Shown in pieces: positions 20,558-29,852 of a stretch of DNA of 64,000 bases. This stretch comes from an uncultured Gammaproteobacteria bacterium. GTDB taxonomy: Bacteria > Patescibacteriota > Microgenomatia > UBA10105 > UBA927. The stretch lies in contig CAYGFH010000001.1 in assembly GCA_964349125.1 (NCBI GenBank), positions 562,107 through 626,106 on the forward strand, written 5' to 3'. Both the position numbers and the translations under genes were made by a program. The notes beneath the pieces were generated by a model. The model saw only the letters and a program-made list of their open reading frames with translations. It had not been told where the DNA came from and ran no database searches. Every line of letters begins with the position of its first letter. Position 1 is the stretch's first letter.

Positions 20558-21811
20558 TCATGATGATGCGGCATGTTTGCCGGCAATCCAGCCGGTCGCC
20601 CATCCCCAGGATAAATTGAATCCGCCGACAGCGCCGTCAACGTCCAGTATCTCTCCGGCAAAAAACAGTCCCGGTGTGAGGCGTGATTGCATAGTGTTTG
20701 GATCTACGTCACTCAGAGATACTCCGCCTGCGGTAAACTCTCCCTCGTTCCATCCCCGGGTTGCCTCTACAGGTGATTCAAACGAATAGAGCATCGCACA
20801 GATTGCTTGTTTATCCTCGGGTGACAGTTCATTTGCTATTTTTTCCTTCGGAAATTTTAATGCTGCACACACCCCTCCTGCAACTTTTTGCGTCACCAGT
20901 CCCCACAGACTTGCGGCAACGGAATACTGTGGGTACGCATGCCAACGTTTTTCAAGGATTGCCATAAGCGATTCTCCCGTTTCATCAGGGAAAAAGCACA
21001 GTCGCACAGAGCACCCCGCTTTGTGTTCCCGGTTTATACGTATAGAAAAATCCCGGCTTATATCAAATATTGCAGGCCCCGAAAATCCGTACTGGGTAAA
21101 CATCACATCCCCCTGTGCACTCGATAGTTCTGTTCCATCTATATATGAGGTAGCGCGCATCTCCATTTTTTCTCCCTGCAAAAAATGAGACAACACATTT
21201 TTAGATACCACGGGGACAGCACTCACCACAGGCTCTACAATGGTATGCCCAAAAGAAGCGGCGATGGTATATCCTGATCCGTCCGATCCGAGCGCGGGAT
21301 AGGTTTTTCCCCCTGCAGACACCACTATTCGTGAAGCGGTATATTCGCCTTTGGATGTGATGAGAATGAAGTGTTCTCCTTTGGTAATTGCTGTCACCGC
21401 TGTGTCGCAGTATATATCGATACGCAAAAACTTTAGATATTCCACTAGCATGTCGCGGATTGTTTTGGCGTGATCAATTTTTGGAAAAATTTTTCCTTTA
21501 CCTGTTTTTACTTCCAGATAGGTCGGCACTCCCAGCTCATCAAAAAAATGCATAATCTCGGAGTACCCGAACTTAGAAAATACCGTAGTGATGGCTGATT
21601 GGTCACCATGATAGTATCCGGATGGTCCGTTTTCCAGATTCACATTTGTCAGATTTCCGCGTCCAGCTCCTGCTGTCAGCAGTTTTCTGCCAAGTTCAAA
21701 TGTTCTATCAAGGATTGCGACACGACTTTCCGGGTTTTGTTTTTTCGCGGATATGGCAGCCATCATCCCTGCTGCACCGCCACCGATTATAATCACGTCA
21801 TACGTATTCAT
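20558..21811 (-). CDS. HI0933/BaiN-like FAD-dependent oxidoreductase (aminoacetone oxidase family)
   Basis: N-terminal Rossmann YDVIIIGGGAAGMMAA. The ~415-aa length and C-terminal region are typical of the HI0933 family. Confidence 0.7.
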   Translation of the reverse strand: MNTYDVIIIGGGAAGMMAAISAKKQNPESRVAILDRTFELGRKLLTAGAGRGNLTNVNLENGPSGYYHGDQSAITTVFSKFGYSEIMHFFDELGVPTYLEVKTGKGKIFPKIDHAKTIRDMLVEYLKFLRIDIYCDTAVTAITKGEHFILITSKGEYTASRIVVSAGGKTYPALGSDGSGYTIAASFGHTIVEPVVSAVPVVSKNVLSHFLQGEKMEMRATSYIDGTELSSAQGDVMFTQYGFSGPAIFDISRDFSIRINREHKAGCSVRLCFFPDETGESLMAILEKRWHAYPQYSVAASLWGLVTQKVAGGVCAALKFPKEKIANELSPEDKQAICAMLYSFESPVEATRGWNEGEFTAGGVSLSDVDPNTMQSRLTPGLFFAGEILDVDGAVGGFNLSWGWATGWIAGKHAASS

Positions 21812-21819
21812 ATTCTGTA

Positions 21820-21849
21820 TTGTATCAAGTCACAACGCATTGGTATAAT
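21820..21849 (+). promoter_or_regulatory. Near-consensus sigma-70 promoter, TTGTAT-18 nt-TATAAT
   Basis: Hexamers seen directly at 21820-21825 and 21844-21849. The ATG of a small uORF lies 7 nt downstream of the -10, implying a leaderless transcript. Confidence 0.45.
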
Positions 21850-21855
21850 ACCCGT

Positions 21856-21891
21856 ATGATACTCGTTTGCTGTTGTTGCCCTTCTTCATAG
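21856..21891 (+). CDS. Leaderless 11-codon uORF MILVCCCCPSS with four consecutive Cys codons (candidate attenuation leader peptide)
   Basis: The ATG starts at the predicted TSS. The codons are tgc tgt tgt tgc, followed by a stop and then a terminator hairpin. Confidence 0.35.
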   Translation: MILVCCCCPSS

Positions 21892-21922
21892 CGGTCGCTC
21901 TTGGCGAAGGGTAGTGTATGTA

Positions 21923-21944
21923 TATCCGCCGAGAGGCGGATTTT
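21923..21944 (+). terminator. Rho-independent terminator/attenuator hairpin ATCCGCC-GAGA-GGCGGAT followed by TTTT
   Basis: Perfect 7-bp GC-rich stem and T-tract. It lies between the Cys uORF and the LmbE-family gene. Confidence 0.5.
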
Positions 21945-22088
21945 TAGTGACTACTTAACGAATTCATTCATATGAATGAGTTTAGTAGGAACTATCCCCT
22001 GAAGCGAACATTCGTTTGTGTGGAGTAAATCGTAAAACGAATTTGAGCGGAGGGGGAAACAATATTAAATTTTTTATATGGAGGTTTT

Positions 22089-22803
22089 ATGCAAAAAGAA
22101 TATATGACAGTTGATAGCACATGGAAAGAAAAAGGCGCAGCATTTATACTCGCCCATCCTGACGATGAGGCATTATTTTTCGGCATGATGGAGTGTCTTT
22201 GTTGACGCCGGCGTCCCGGTCACTGTCATTCTCATGACCCTCGGAGAAATGGGAATACAAAAACATATGGTCGATGTACTCCCCGACCAGATGAAAGAAA
22301 TTCGTAGGCACGAATTTTCCCGGGCGATGCGATACTTCAGATCGACGGGAATTGCTCTGGATGCGGGTGATTTGAGTCTGCATAGATATGACGAGGATTC
22401 CCTCATAACGTCCGTGCTCAAGCCAGTTCGTGAAGAGGATTTTGGTGTGCTGTTTTCCTTCCGTCCGGAACCGACTCCCTTCGTGGATCATCCCGACCAT
22501 GATAAGACAGGGCATATCGCACGATTTGTTGCTGCAGCGTCGGATGTGGAACATTTTCATCCCGAAATTTCATCTACGGAAAGTAGGCCGAATCTGTTTT
22601 TACTTACCCATCAGGTAGATTCAGCCACCCATATACTTCCCGTATCATGGGCTACCAAACAACATAGGCTTTCCTATCTGGAAGGGTTTTATCCGTCTCA
22701 GTTCCCGACAGAATCTATTGCATCAAGCGGCGTCATATTTGAACGGCTTTCGACACATGAAGGGATAGAGGGAAACGCAGAGCTCTACATGCAAATTCGA
22801 TAG
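22089..22803 (+). pseudogene. LmbE/PIG-L-family N-acetylglucosaminyl deacetylase (BshB/MshB-like), interrupted by a +1 frameshift near 22197-22205
   Basis: The N-terminal 38 codons (frame 0) end ...AHPDDEALFFGMMECLC*, which contains the LmbE AHPDDE hallmark. The continuation VDAGVPVTVILMTLGEMG... is in the +1 frame (ORF 22234..22803). The break is at a T-run, cttTgtt. Confidence 0.6.
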
Positions 22804-22867
22804 ATACATCCGTACTCACCGTATGAAACCGGGATTGGATTTTTTTTAAATCCGAAATACCAAAAAT

Positions 22868-22905
22868 AAGAAGGTGAAGCGGATTTCACTTCACCTTCTT
22901 TTGTT
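22868..22905. terminator. Bidirectional Rho-independent terminator (12-bp perfect stem AAGAAGGTGAAG / CTTCACCTTCTT)
   Basis: Perfect inverted repeat with T-rich flanks on both strands. It lies between the convergent LmbE-like gene and a small minus-strand ORF. Confidence 0.6.
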
Positions 22906-22931
22906 GAGCCAATACAGTATCACACCTCATA

Positions 22932-23090
22932 TTACTGTGTGACATGGCTCACGAGCATTGACGGATTTGTCTGGGCCAAGCCACTCACAACTCCTCCAAA
23001 TGTTCTTCCATCCACACCATGTTTGAATGGCATACCCATCATCATGAATACGAACGCAAATGTAGATATTCCGAAAATTAATTGTTTCAT
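22932..23090 (-). CDS. Small hypothetical membrane/secreted peptide (52 aa, MKQLIFGISTFAFVFMMMGMPFKHG...)
   Basis: Strong SD AAGGAGGTGA 6 nt upstream of the ATG, a hydrophobic N-terminus and a terminator downstream. Not in the supplied ORF track because it is shorter than 60 aa. Confidence 0.4.
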   Translation of the reverse strand: MKQLIFGISTFAFVFMMMGMPFKHGVDGRTFGGVVSGLAQTNPSMLVSHVTQ

Positions 23091-23157
23091 ATATGTCACC
23101 TCCTTTCTGTTTATCCAAGCCGGCTACCGATGAGGTAACCAGCTCAATAAAAAGAAA

Positions 23158-23724
23158 TTACTGAGGAAGAAGCACCGTATCGATCACGTGAATCGTGCCG
23201 TTTTTTGCTTTGATATCAGCAGTAACAACTTTACTTTCATTTATGTAGACATCGCCATTTTTCACTTCGATTTTTATCGGTTGACCCTGCACAGTTGCCG
23301 TCGAAGTAAGTGTTACTACTTCAGACGAAGAAATATTTCCTGCAACGACGTGATAGGTAAGCACCTTTGACAGGGCGACTTTATCTTTCAGTAGCGACTC
23401 CAGTGTTCCGGATGGCAATTTTGCAAATGCAGTGTTTGTCGGAGCAAAGACTGTAAATGGACCTTCTCCCGAAAGAATCCCTACAAGACCGGCTTCTGTA
23501 ACTGCAGTGACGAGTGTTGAAAAATCTTTGTTACCCACAGCTATATCCACAATTGTCCCGGCCGTTTCTTCTTTCATATCTGTACCCTCCTCCATAACCA
23601 GCGGAGCAGGTGATGGTAGTGTTGCAACACCAGCAGTGTTTTGCTGTGGTTGCACCAATACATATCCGATTCCCAATATAGCTATCAATCCAACAACCCC
23701 AATCCAAATTTTTTGTTGATTCAT
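23158..23724 (-). CDS. Fasciclin (FAS1) domain protein with N-terminal signal anchor
   Basis: FAS1 motifs TVFAPTNTAF and a C-terminal GTIHVIDTVLLP. Confidence 0.7.
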   Translation of the reverse strand: MNQQKIWIGVVGLIAILGIGYVLVQPQQNTAGVATLPSPAPLVMEEGTDMKEETAGTIVDIAVGNKDFSTLVTAVTEAGLVGILSGEGPFTVFAPTNTAFAKLPSGTLESLLKDKVALSKVLTYHVVAGNISSSEVVTLTSTATVQGQPIKIEVKNGDVYINESKVVTADIKAKNGTIHVIDTVLLPQ

Positions 23725-24296
23725 TTTGTATCACCTCCCCTCAACGATTTGATTAAAAATCGATATATTCTTTCTACCAGATCATTTTTTTCTTTTCCTT
23801 TTGGCACATGAGGAAAATACTCGAGCAAAAATCCATTTATCGCATGTGTTATTACTTTGGCGTCATCGTGTAGATTGGTTATGTGGAACTCGCCTGTTTT
23901 ATTTCCAAGATCAAGCACCTCTTCTATATGAAGGGCGCTCTTATCCGGAACGAATCCGCCTCTCGTGCGTTTAAATTGCAATCTATGAGAAATATAGTAC
24001 TTCAATACGGTCACCACATCCTGCGAGTTATCTATTTGAAACGCGATCCGCTGCTTTAGCATCTCCGACGCTGATGCGACATGCGGAAGAGACGCTCTTT
24101 TTATACCTAAGGCATGGTTTATGTAGATAAAAATCTCACGCAAAAGAGTTTCTTCGTTTTTAAAATAATGGTAAATCACAGAATGAGTTATACCTATATT
24201 CTCAGCCAACCTTCTGATACTGAATTCTTCAAATCCACTTTTTGCGTATAGCATCGCTCCCTCTTTCAAAATAATTTCTTTGTCGATTTTTGTCAT
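23721..24296 (-). CDS. TetR/AcrR-family transcriptional regulator
   Basis: N-terminal HTH SIRRLAENIGITHSVIYHYF. Confidence 0.8.
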   Translation of the reverse strand: MTKIDKEIILKEGAMLYAKSGFEEFSIRRLAENIGITHSVIYHYFKNEETLLREIFIYINHALGIKRASLPHVASASEMLKQRIAFQIDNSQDVVTVLKYYISHRLQFKRTRGGFVPDKSALHIEEVLDLGNKTGEFHITNLHDDAKVITHAINGFLLEYFPHVPKGKEKNDLVERIYRFLIKSLRGGDTK

Positions 24297-24305
24297 ATTT
24301 TAAAT

Positions 24306-24323
24306 ATAGAACACTTGTTCTAT
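24306..24323. promoter_or_regulatory. Putative TetR operator: perfect palindrome ATAGAACA-CT-TGTTCTAT 9 nt upstream of the TetR start codon
   Basis: 8-bp perfect inverted arms seen directly in the sequence. Confidence 0.4.
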
Positions 24324-24413
24324 TTTGTCAATGCATTGTATACTCACGGTGAAAACCAGTGTGCACATCAGGAAATGACACGTATAGTATGGTAGAGTTT
24401 TAGCACGCATCTC

Positions 24414-25010
24414 TCAAAAATTCAGGAGGAACCGAGCGATTCTTGAGGCATATATGGTCATTGCCGCCGCAATTGATAGATTATGTTCAATAGATACTAT
24501 TTGTATATTCTGGGCTCCGTGAACCGGTATAGTTGATATAGGAACTGTTTCATCATATACGGCGCGGATCGTCAGGATTTTGCGTCGCTGCTCATTCGAT
24601 AGATTTGGTTCTGTTTTCTCAAACAACTCTACTGATTCTCTAAATGATCTGCTTGAACGGGATGCTGTTTCAAGAGTGGGAAAAACCTGAGCACCTGCAC
24701 TAAGCCGCCCGCAAATATTTACTACTTTGTGAATTTTATTTGATCGTTTTGTAAATGCGTTAAGTACAGCACTGCCCCCGGCACTTGTTCCAACTAATGA
24801 AATTATTCCTCCGCTTGCATGGACTGCGTCAATTCGAGATATAAGTTTTTCAAGTTTCGGTTCAAATTTCTGCTGACCATCTTTCCACACAACATCGTGC
24901 ATAATTGGAGTAAATCCGAATCGCTTCCATGTATTTGCAGCTATTCTAAACAATGCATTTTCCCCACCCAGTCCAGGGACAAAAAGTACGGGATGCGTTT
25001 TTGACTGCAT
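24414..25010 (-). CDS. Alpha/beta-fold hydrolase
   Basis: GxSxG (GTSAGGS) nucleophile elbow with an alpha/beta-hydrolase-like layout. Confidence 0.45.
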   Translation of the reverse strand: MQSKTHPVLFVPGLGGENALFRIAANTWKRFGFTPIMHDVVWKDGQQKFEPKLEKLISRIDAVHASGGIISLVGTSAGGSAVLNAFTKRSNKIHKVVNICGRLSAGAQVFPTLETASRSSRSFRESVELFEKTEPNLSNEQRRKILTIRAVYDETVPISTIPVHGAQNIQIVSIEHNLSIAAAMTIYASRIARFLLNF

Positions 25011-25055
25011 AGATTTCTATGAGGTTTCAGATATATTGTGAGAGTTTTGAATCAA

Positions 25056-25898
25056 TTATTTTTTCGAATCGATATATTTTTTTGCAACTTTAACCGCTAT
25101 ACTACCGCCGGGGATCAGTAGTCCCGCCGCATCTGCACCCACATCAAATAAAAAGTTGGGATCCAGTACCTTGCCCATGTATTCGGAAAATACCCGACTC
25201 CCTGTGGATACTGTTCCCGTCAGTCCGTCTACCTCAACGATTGCGTCTTTACGTTTTGTTTTCCAGGTATATTGAAATGCGTAGACGGGATGATAATACA
25301 AATCCACGCATGTTACCTCGACTGCTTCCTCATGAATTGTATCCGCCTGAATTCCTTTTATCATTTTGGACAATGAGTCACGCATGATGCCGCTGACCCG
25401 CGATTGTGGAGGGACAATGATTGCGTCTTTTCCAACAATCTTTTCCAGTGTGGTTGTCACAAGCGTTGGAAACAAAGAGACATAGTCCTTGAGCGACGGA
25501 TTTGTTTTTCCGCTCACGCCTTCCACAAATACTTCATCTGATTCTTCCTGTACACAGTGCTCTACGACCGGGAAATGAAAGTGGCCGCTACTTACTTCAA
25601 ATTTAGTTTTTTCATACGTGACTGCTTTCACGTGTTTCTCGCTCGCGGGAATCTGGTAATCATGGGTACGGTCGTACACATAGCGGGCTTTTGCCGCCAC
25701 GTGCCAAAACGGTTGGAACCGGTGTTCTGAATATGTGAGTTCAAAATCCTCATCCTTCGGTTTAGAAAATAAACTTGCCACCTGATTCATGGCACCAAAT
25801 GCAGAGAGCTTTTTATCCCATGCTTTTTTCTTAGCATCCTCAAATGAAAGCTGATCAGTAAATACGAGGATACGCTGTGGTGCTACGTTTATTTCCAT
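25056..25898 (-). CDS. Hypothetical protein
   Basis: 280-aa ORF with no recognisable motif. It is last in the ArsR-Grx-rhodanese gene string. Confidence 0.3.
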   Translation of the reverse strand: MEINVAPQRILVFTDQLSFEDAKKKAWDKKLSAFGAMNQVASLFSKPKDEDFELTYSEHRFQPFWHVAAKARYVYDRTHDYQIPASEKHVKAVTYEKTKFEVSSGHFHFPVVEHCVQEESDEVFVEGVSGKTNPSLKDYVSLFPTLVTTTLEKIVGKDAIIVPPQSRVSGIMRDSLSKMIKGIQADTIHEEAVEVTCVDLYYHPVYAFQYTWKTKRKDAIVEVDGLTGTVSTGSRVFSEYMGKVLDPNFLFDVGADAAGLLIPGGSIAVKVAKKYIDSKK

Positions 25899-25917
25899 GC
25901 GTTCAGTATAGCGTACT

Positions 25918-26259
25918 TCAACTCACAGGGAAATATTTTGCCCGCCATGCCAACAGGCCGTGATTCATATGGAACACATTCGTGTATCCCAACTTTTGCA
26001 TCATACTGACGGCGACACTGCTTCTGGCTCCGCTTAAGCAGTACACATATATTTTATCCTGCTTTTTTGGGATGAGTGCCTCCACGGAGCGTGAGACATC
26101 TTCAACGGAACAGTTGATACTCCCCTCCAGTTTTCCTCTGGAAAATTCTCCGGAGGTTCGGACATCCAGGATCACACACGCCTCTTTCGTATCCATAGCG
26201 TGCTTCACATCCTCGGCTTCGACTGTCGGCACTTCTGGCTCGTTAAATCCAAATAGCAT
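25918..26259 (-). CDS. Rhodanese-domain sulfurtransferase
   Basis: Active-site loop CLSGARS (the CxxGxRS motif). Confidence 0.75.
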   Translation of the reverse strand: MLFGFNEPEVPTVEAEDVKHAMDTKEACVILDVRTSGEFSRGKLEGSINCSVEDVSRSVEALIPKKQDKIYVYCLSGARSSVAVSMMQKLGYTNVFHMNHGLLAWRAKYFPVS

Positions 26260-26268
26260 AGTTATATT

Positions 26269-26523
26269 TTAAATACCCAACATATATGAGAGTTGCGGCG
26301 GGTTAAATCCTACCAAAAATTCAGGTTTTCGGTCTGGGTACTGTACTTCGATAACTGGCACACCCATCTGCCCTGTCTTTTTTACCATATCGGCAGCTGC
26401 CTGTTGGTCTTCATCAACTAATACTTTGGTGAATGCTATTTTTTTATTGGTTAACCAGTCTGCAGCCATTGTGCAATACGGGCATGTTTTTGTAGCATAA
26501 ACGATAATGTTTGAATAATTCAT
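26269..26523 (-). CDS. Glutaredoxin-like protein (NrdH/Grx family)
   Basis: CPYC redox motif (KTCPYCTMA) on an ~80-aa thioredoxin fold. Confidence 0.65.
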   Translation of the reverse strand: MNYSNIIVYATKTCPYCTMAADWLTNKKIAFTKVLVDEDQQAAADMVKKTGQMGVPVIEVQYPDRKPEFLVGFNPPQLSYMLGI

Positions 26524-26786
26524 ACAACCTCACTTTCTAATGTTACTAATTGTTTACTAATATGTGCGGCTTTCGGATACCGGAGCGAATAATACACCTG
26601 TTTTCCTTCTTTTTTGGAAGTCACTAACCGTGCCTCCTTCAGTTTTGCCAAATGCTGGGAAACCGCAGATTGAGATAATCCACAAGTGGCGATAATTTCA
26701 CTCACATTCTTCGACTTCTGTTCCAAACAAAGAAGTAATTTTGTCCGAACTTTATTTCCAAATGCGCAGTAGATATCGGCTGACAT
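26520..26786 (-). CDS. ArsR/SmtB-family transcriptional regulator
   Basis: Winged HTH VSEIIATCGLSQSAVSQHLAKLKEARLV. Overlaps the Grx gene by 4 nt. Confidence 0.75.
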   Translation of the reverse strand: MSADIYCAFGNKVRTKLLLCLEQKSKNVSEIIATCGLSQSAVSQHLAKLKEARLVTSKKEGKQVYYSLRYPKAAHISKQLVTLESEVV

Positions 26787-26790
26787 GAAT

Positions 26791-26814
26791 ATATATTAGC
26801 ATACGCTAATATAT
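26791..26814. promoter_or_regulatory. Putative ArsR operator: perfect 10-4-10 inverted repeat ATATATTAGC-ATAC-GCTAATATAT just upstream of the arsR-like start
   Basis: Seen directly. It begins 5 nt upstream of the start codon. Confidence 0.45.
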
Positions 26815-26828
26815 TGTCAAGCGGTACG

Positions 26829-27323
26829 TTACTTCCGCATGCGTCCCCACCCTTCCCCCCGTGGATGTGTGGTATTTTGGGTATTTTCCTGTTGATACAG
26901 TCGTTGCATAGGGCCCTGTCTCGACCAAAAAGTTGTCATGCCAGTTGCATCCATAAGCCACCCCGCCAGTACGACAGCAGCGATCAACGATAGGATTATC
27001 ATGGTGAAATTCTTTTTATACGAAACATCATATTGTTTCAAAAACCATACCCCGCTTGCTATGCCCAATACAGCCAACAGTGGTGCCCACCAGGGAAAAC
27101 TGGAAATGAGTTGTTGGAATCGCACAGCTCCCATTGGTCCATGAGTTCGAAGAGAAAATGCGACGATACTTACCAAAAATACGGAGGCAATTATTGAAGC
27201 GCCAATTCCGATGATGAGTGCCAGTGACCCCACGACAAAATACCACCGCGGTTTCATAGACACACGCCCGCTTAGGATCTGTTTCATCACCGCTTCTTTT
27301 ATGATATGTTTCGTTTTTGACAT
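26829..27323 (-). CDS. Membrane protein, putative anti-sigma factor partner of the upstream ECF sigma
   Basis: Multi-TM ORF overlapping the ECF sigma gene by 25 nt. Assignment is by position only. Confidence 0.3.
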   Translation of the reverse strand: MSKTKHIIKEAVMKQILSGRVSMKPRWYFVVGSLALIIGIGASIIASVFLVSIVAFSLRTHGPMGAVRFQQLISSFPWWAPLLAVLGIASGVWFLKQYDVSYKKNFTMIILSLIAAVVLAGWLMDATGMTTFWSRQGPMQRLYQQENTQNTTHPRGEGWGRMRK

Positions 27324-27850
27324 AATGCTTTCATCATGGCTTTCGCCCGGTTTATACGCGTTGCTACCGTTCCCATTGGGATTCGCAGCACATCACTCAC
27401 GTCCTCATACGATAGCTCCTCCAAATAAAAAAGTATGAGCGGTTGACTATAGAGATCAGGCATCTGAGATAAACACCATGACGCCCCCAGTATTCGTTCT
27501 TTCGTTATATATTCTGATTCAATGTGCTCGTCGCTTTGGAGCTCCCTCTCCGTAAACAGCGGCACTTCCCTCTTATATTTTTTTATACTGTTAACTGCTT
27601 CATTGTGCACTATTCTGTATATCCAGCTGCTGAACGTTTTTTTCGTATCAAATCCCTGTAAGTTCGTATACGCTTTTATGAATGAATCCTCTACGACGTC
27701 TGTTGCGACATCTTCCCGGTGCACAAGAGTTACGGCGTAGCGTATGAGTTTTTTTTCGTACCGGTCTATAACCTCCGAAAACAACTCGTGCTCACCGTTT
27801 CGTATACGGATCACCAACTCGCAATCGGTTTCTCTCGTGTGATCAGACAT
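27299..27850 (-). CDS. ECF-type RNA polymerase sigma-70 family factor
   Basis: Region 2 (FIKAYTNLQGFD) and region 4 HTH (LSYEDVSDVLRIPMGTVATRINRA). Confidence 0.8.
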   Translation of the reverse strand: MSDHTRETDCELVIRIRNGEHELFSEVIDRYEKKLIRYAVTLVHREDVATDVVEDSFIKAYTNLQGFDTKKTFSSWIYRIVHNEAVNSIKKYKREVPLFTERELQSDEHIESEYITKERILGASWCLSQMPDLYSQPLILFYLEELSYEDVSDVLRIPMGTVATRINRAKAMMKALCQKRNIS

Positions 27851-27923
27851 ATAGATTATGTGTTGTATAGCGCGCCACTATCCCGCAGACCGTACGTATT
27901 CTGCGGGATTCAGGCACACTGTT

Positions 27924-28283
27924 TTATTTTACTCTGTTTCTACCCATCCCCTGACCCATTCCTGATCCATTTCGAAGCCCGAGCCCAAGAGAAGTTCGTA
28001 GTTCGTTGGCTTTAGTTACATCACCCTTTTCATTTGCTTCGTGCATGAGTTTAAGTGTATGCAGTTCTGCTTGCGTGTCGATGACGGCACACATTCTTCC
28101 TGCTGTGCATGCGGCTTTAAATGCTGATAAATTTTCAGATTCGATGGCCTGTTCTTTTGCTTCAGTGTGATTCGGTCCTTTAACGGACGCATCACCTCTG
28201 TATGCCAGTGCTATCGTCGGATGCACGAAGTATACACCCAATGCCAACGCGACTGCTGCTACCACTATAGATTTGTTGTTCAT
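27924..28283 (-). CDS. Hypothetical secreted protein
   Basis: Start reassigned to MNNKSIVVAAVALALG (signal peptide), which has a strong SD GGAGGTGA upstream. Confidence 0.4.
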   Translation of the reverse strand: MNNKSIVVAAVALALGVYFVHPTIALAYRGDASVKGPNHTEAKEQAIESENLSAFKAACTAGRMCAVIDTQAELHTLKLMHEANEKGDVTKANELRTSLGLGLRNGSGMGQGMGRNRVK

Positions 28284-28397
28284 ATATTTCACCTCCCCTC
28301 TAGAGGTAATACAACGCGCGGGGAGATTTTCTTTCACTGGCGTTCACTTCCACTAGATACGTATTGAAAATACTTCTGTGTAGAGTACTATAGAAGA

Positions 28398-29129
28398 ATG
28401 AAAAAAGTATGTCTGATCACAGGGTCTACAAGCGGTATCGGAAAAGCTATTGCAAAACAGCTCGCAGAAGAATGTATTGTTATCCTTAATTCATTTGAAG
28501 AACTGCCGCCACATTTTATTGAAACCGAATTTTCAGGAAACACGGAAGTATCTTTTTTCAAAGCGGATATTTCAAAGAAACAGGAACTCGAATCACTTCG
28601 CACGCATATACACAACACGTTCGGCAGATTAGACTACCTGGTGGCAAATGCCGGAATCATGCCACTACCGTGTGGGATCGACACCATCACAGAAGATGTT
28701 ATCGAGAGAACTATTGCGGTTAATCTCAAAGGCACATTTTGGACACTCAAACTGCTGGGAGACCTCATCAAAGAAACATCCAAAGAAGGATCTATAGTCA
28801 CGCTTACATCTGTTGATGGCATCATTGGTGAACCATACGGTGTTATGTATTCCGCAACAAAAGCTGCCATTATTTCGCTGACCAAATCATTTGCACGACA
28901 TCATAAACGCCCACTTATCCGTGTAAACGCAGTCGCCCCCGGCCTTATTGATACGCCATTAACAGACAGCACGGGTGAAGACCCGCATGCAACCACGTCA
29001 CTCTCAATCATTGATCGCGTTGGGAAACCAGAAGAAATTGCGCAGATGGTAGCATACCTGCTTTCAGAAAATGCCTCGTATATCACGGGCCAGGTGTTTA
29101 CGGTTGATGGCGGATTTACACTGAAGTAA
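28398..29129 (+). CDS. SDR-family oxidoreductase (3-oxoacyl-ACP reductase-like)
   Basis: [12 protein letters not shown] cofactor motif and YxxxK catalytic motif (YSATK). Confidence 0.8.
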   Translation: MKKVCLITGSTSGIGKAIAKQLAEECIVILNSFEELPPHFIETEFSGNTEVSFFKADISKKQELESLRTHIHNTFGRLDYLVANAGIMPLPCGIDTITEDVIERTIAVNLKGTFWTLKLLGDLIKETSKEGSIVTLTSVDGIIGEPYGVMYSATKAAIISLTKSFARHHKRPLIRVNAVAPGLIDTPLTDSTGEDPHATTSLSIIDRVGKPEEIAQMVAYLLSENASYITGQVFTVDGGFTLK

Positions 29130-29138
29130 TGTTGTGTA

Positions 29139-29843
29139 TTACTCGTTTACGATTTTCTCAAGTTTTTTTTCGGATACACCAGGCACATCCGGGTGCCTCT
29201 TGTTTTGGATGTACTCATAGATCATCGGGAGGACAGACAGTCCGATAATAGCAAAAATCACATAGTGGAAATGTTCCTGCACTATTTCCATATTTCCGAA
29301 AAAGTATCCCGCACTCGTAAATAGTACCACCCAGATAATTCCCCCTACGATGTTGTAAATGATAAATGTCCGGTAATGCATAGATCCCACTCCCGCAACA
29401 AAAGGAGCAAACGTGCGGACAATCGGGACAAATCGCGCGAGAATAATTGTTTTCCCGCCGTGCTTTTTATAGAACTGTTCTGTTTTGTCGATATGTTCCT
29501 GATTAATCATCGGGATTTTTGGATTGTCCACAATAGCTTTTCCAAAATACCGTCCGATGGCATAGTTCACCGTGTCGCCCAAAATAGCGGCAACGATAAA
29601 CAGTGTGAGCACCAACGGGAAATTCAGGGTACCGAGCGCCGCAAGTGCGCCAGCAGCAAACAGGAGCGAATCTCCGGGTAGAAACGGAAGTATGACCAGT
29701 CCGGTTTCGGCAAATACGATACCAAATAATATCGCATAGCTAAAAAACCCATATTGCATCACTATCTCTTTGAGGTGGCGGTCCAAATGAAGAAAAAAAT
29801 CTAACACATTTTGTCCTAATTCCATAGACGTATATGATACCAC
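29139..29843 (-). CDS. DedA-family (VTT domain) membrane protein
   Basis: DedA-family signature pattern with the [18 protein letters not shown] segment. Confidence 0.7.
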   Translation of the reverse strand: MVSYTSMELGQNVLDFFLHLDRHLKEIVMQYGFFSYAILFGIVFAETGLVILPFLPGDSLLFAAGALAALGTLNFPLVLTLFIVAAILGDTVNYAIGRYFGKAIVDNPKIPMINQEHIDKTEQFYKKHGGKTIILARFVPIVRTFAPFVAGVGSMHYRTFIIYNIVGGIIWVVLFTSAGYFFGNMEIVQEHFHYVIFAIIGLSVLPMIYEYIQNKRHPDVPGVSEKKLEKIVNE

Positions 29844-29852
29844 AGTGGGGTC

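Noticed and set aside
22805-23157. The 63-aa track ORF 22927..23118 (minus) and 64-aa ORF 22939..23133 (plus)
   Set aside because: Neither has an RBS. The 52-aa ORF at 22932..23090, in a different frame, has a consensus SD and a hydrophobic signal-like N-terminus, so it was called instead.
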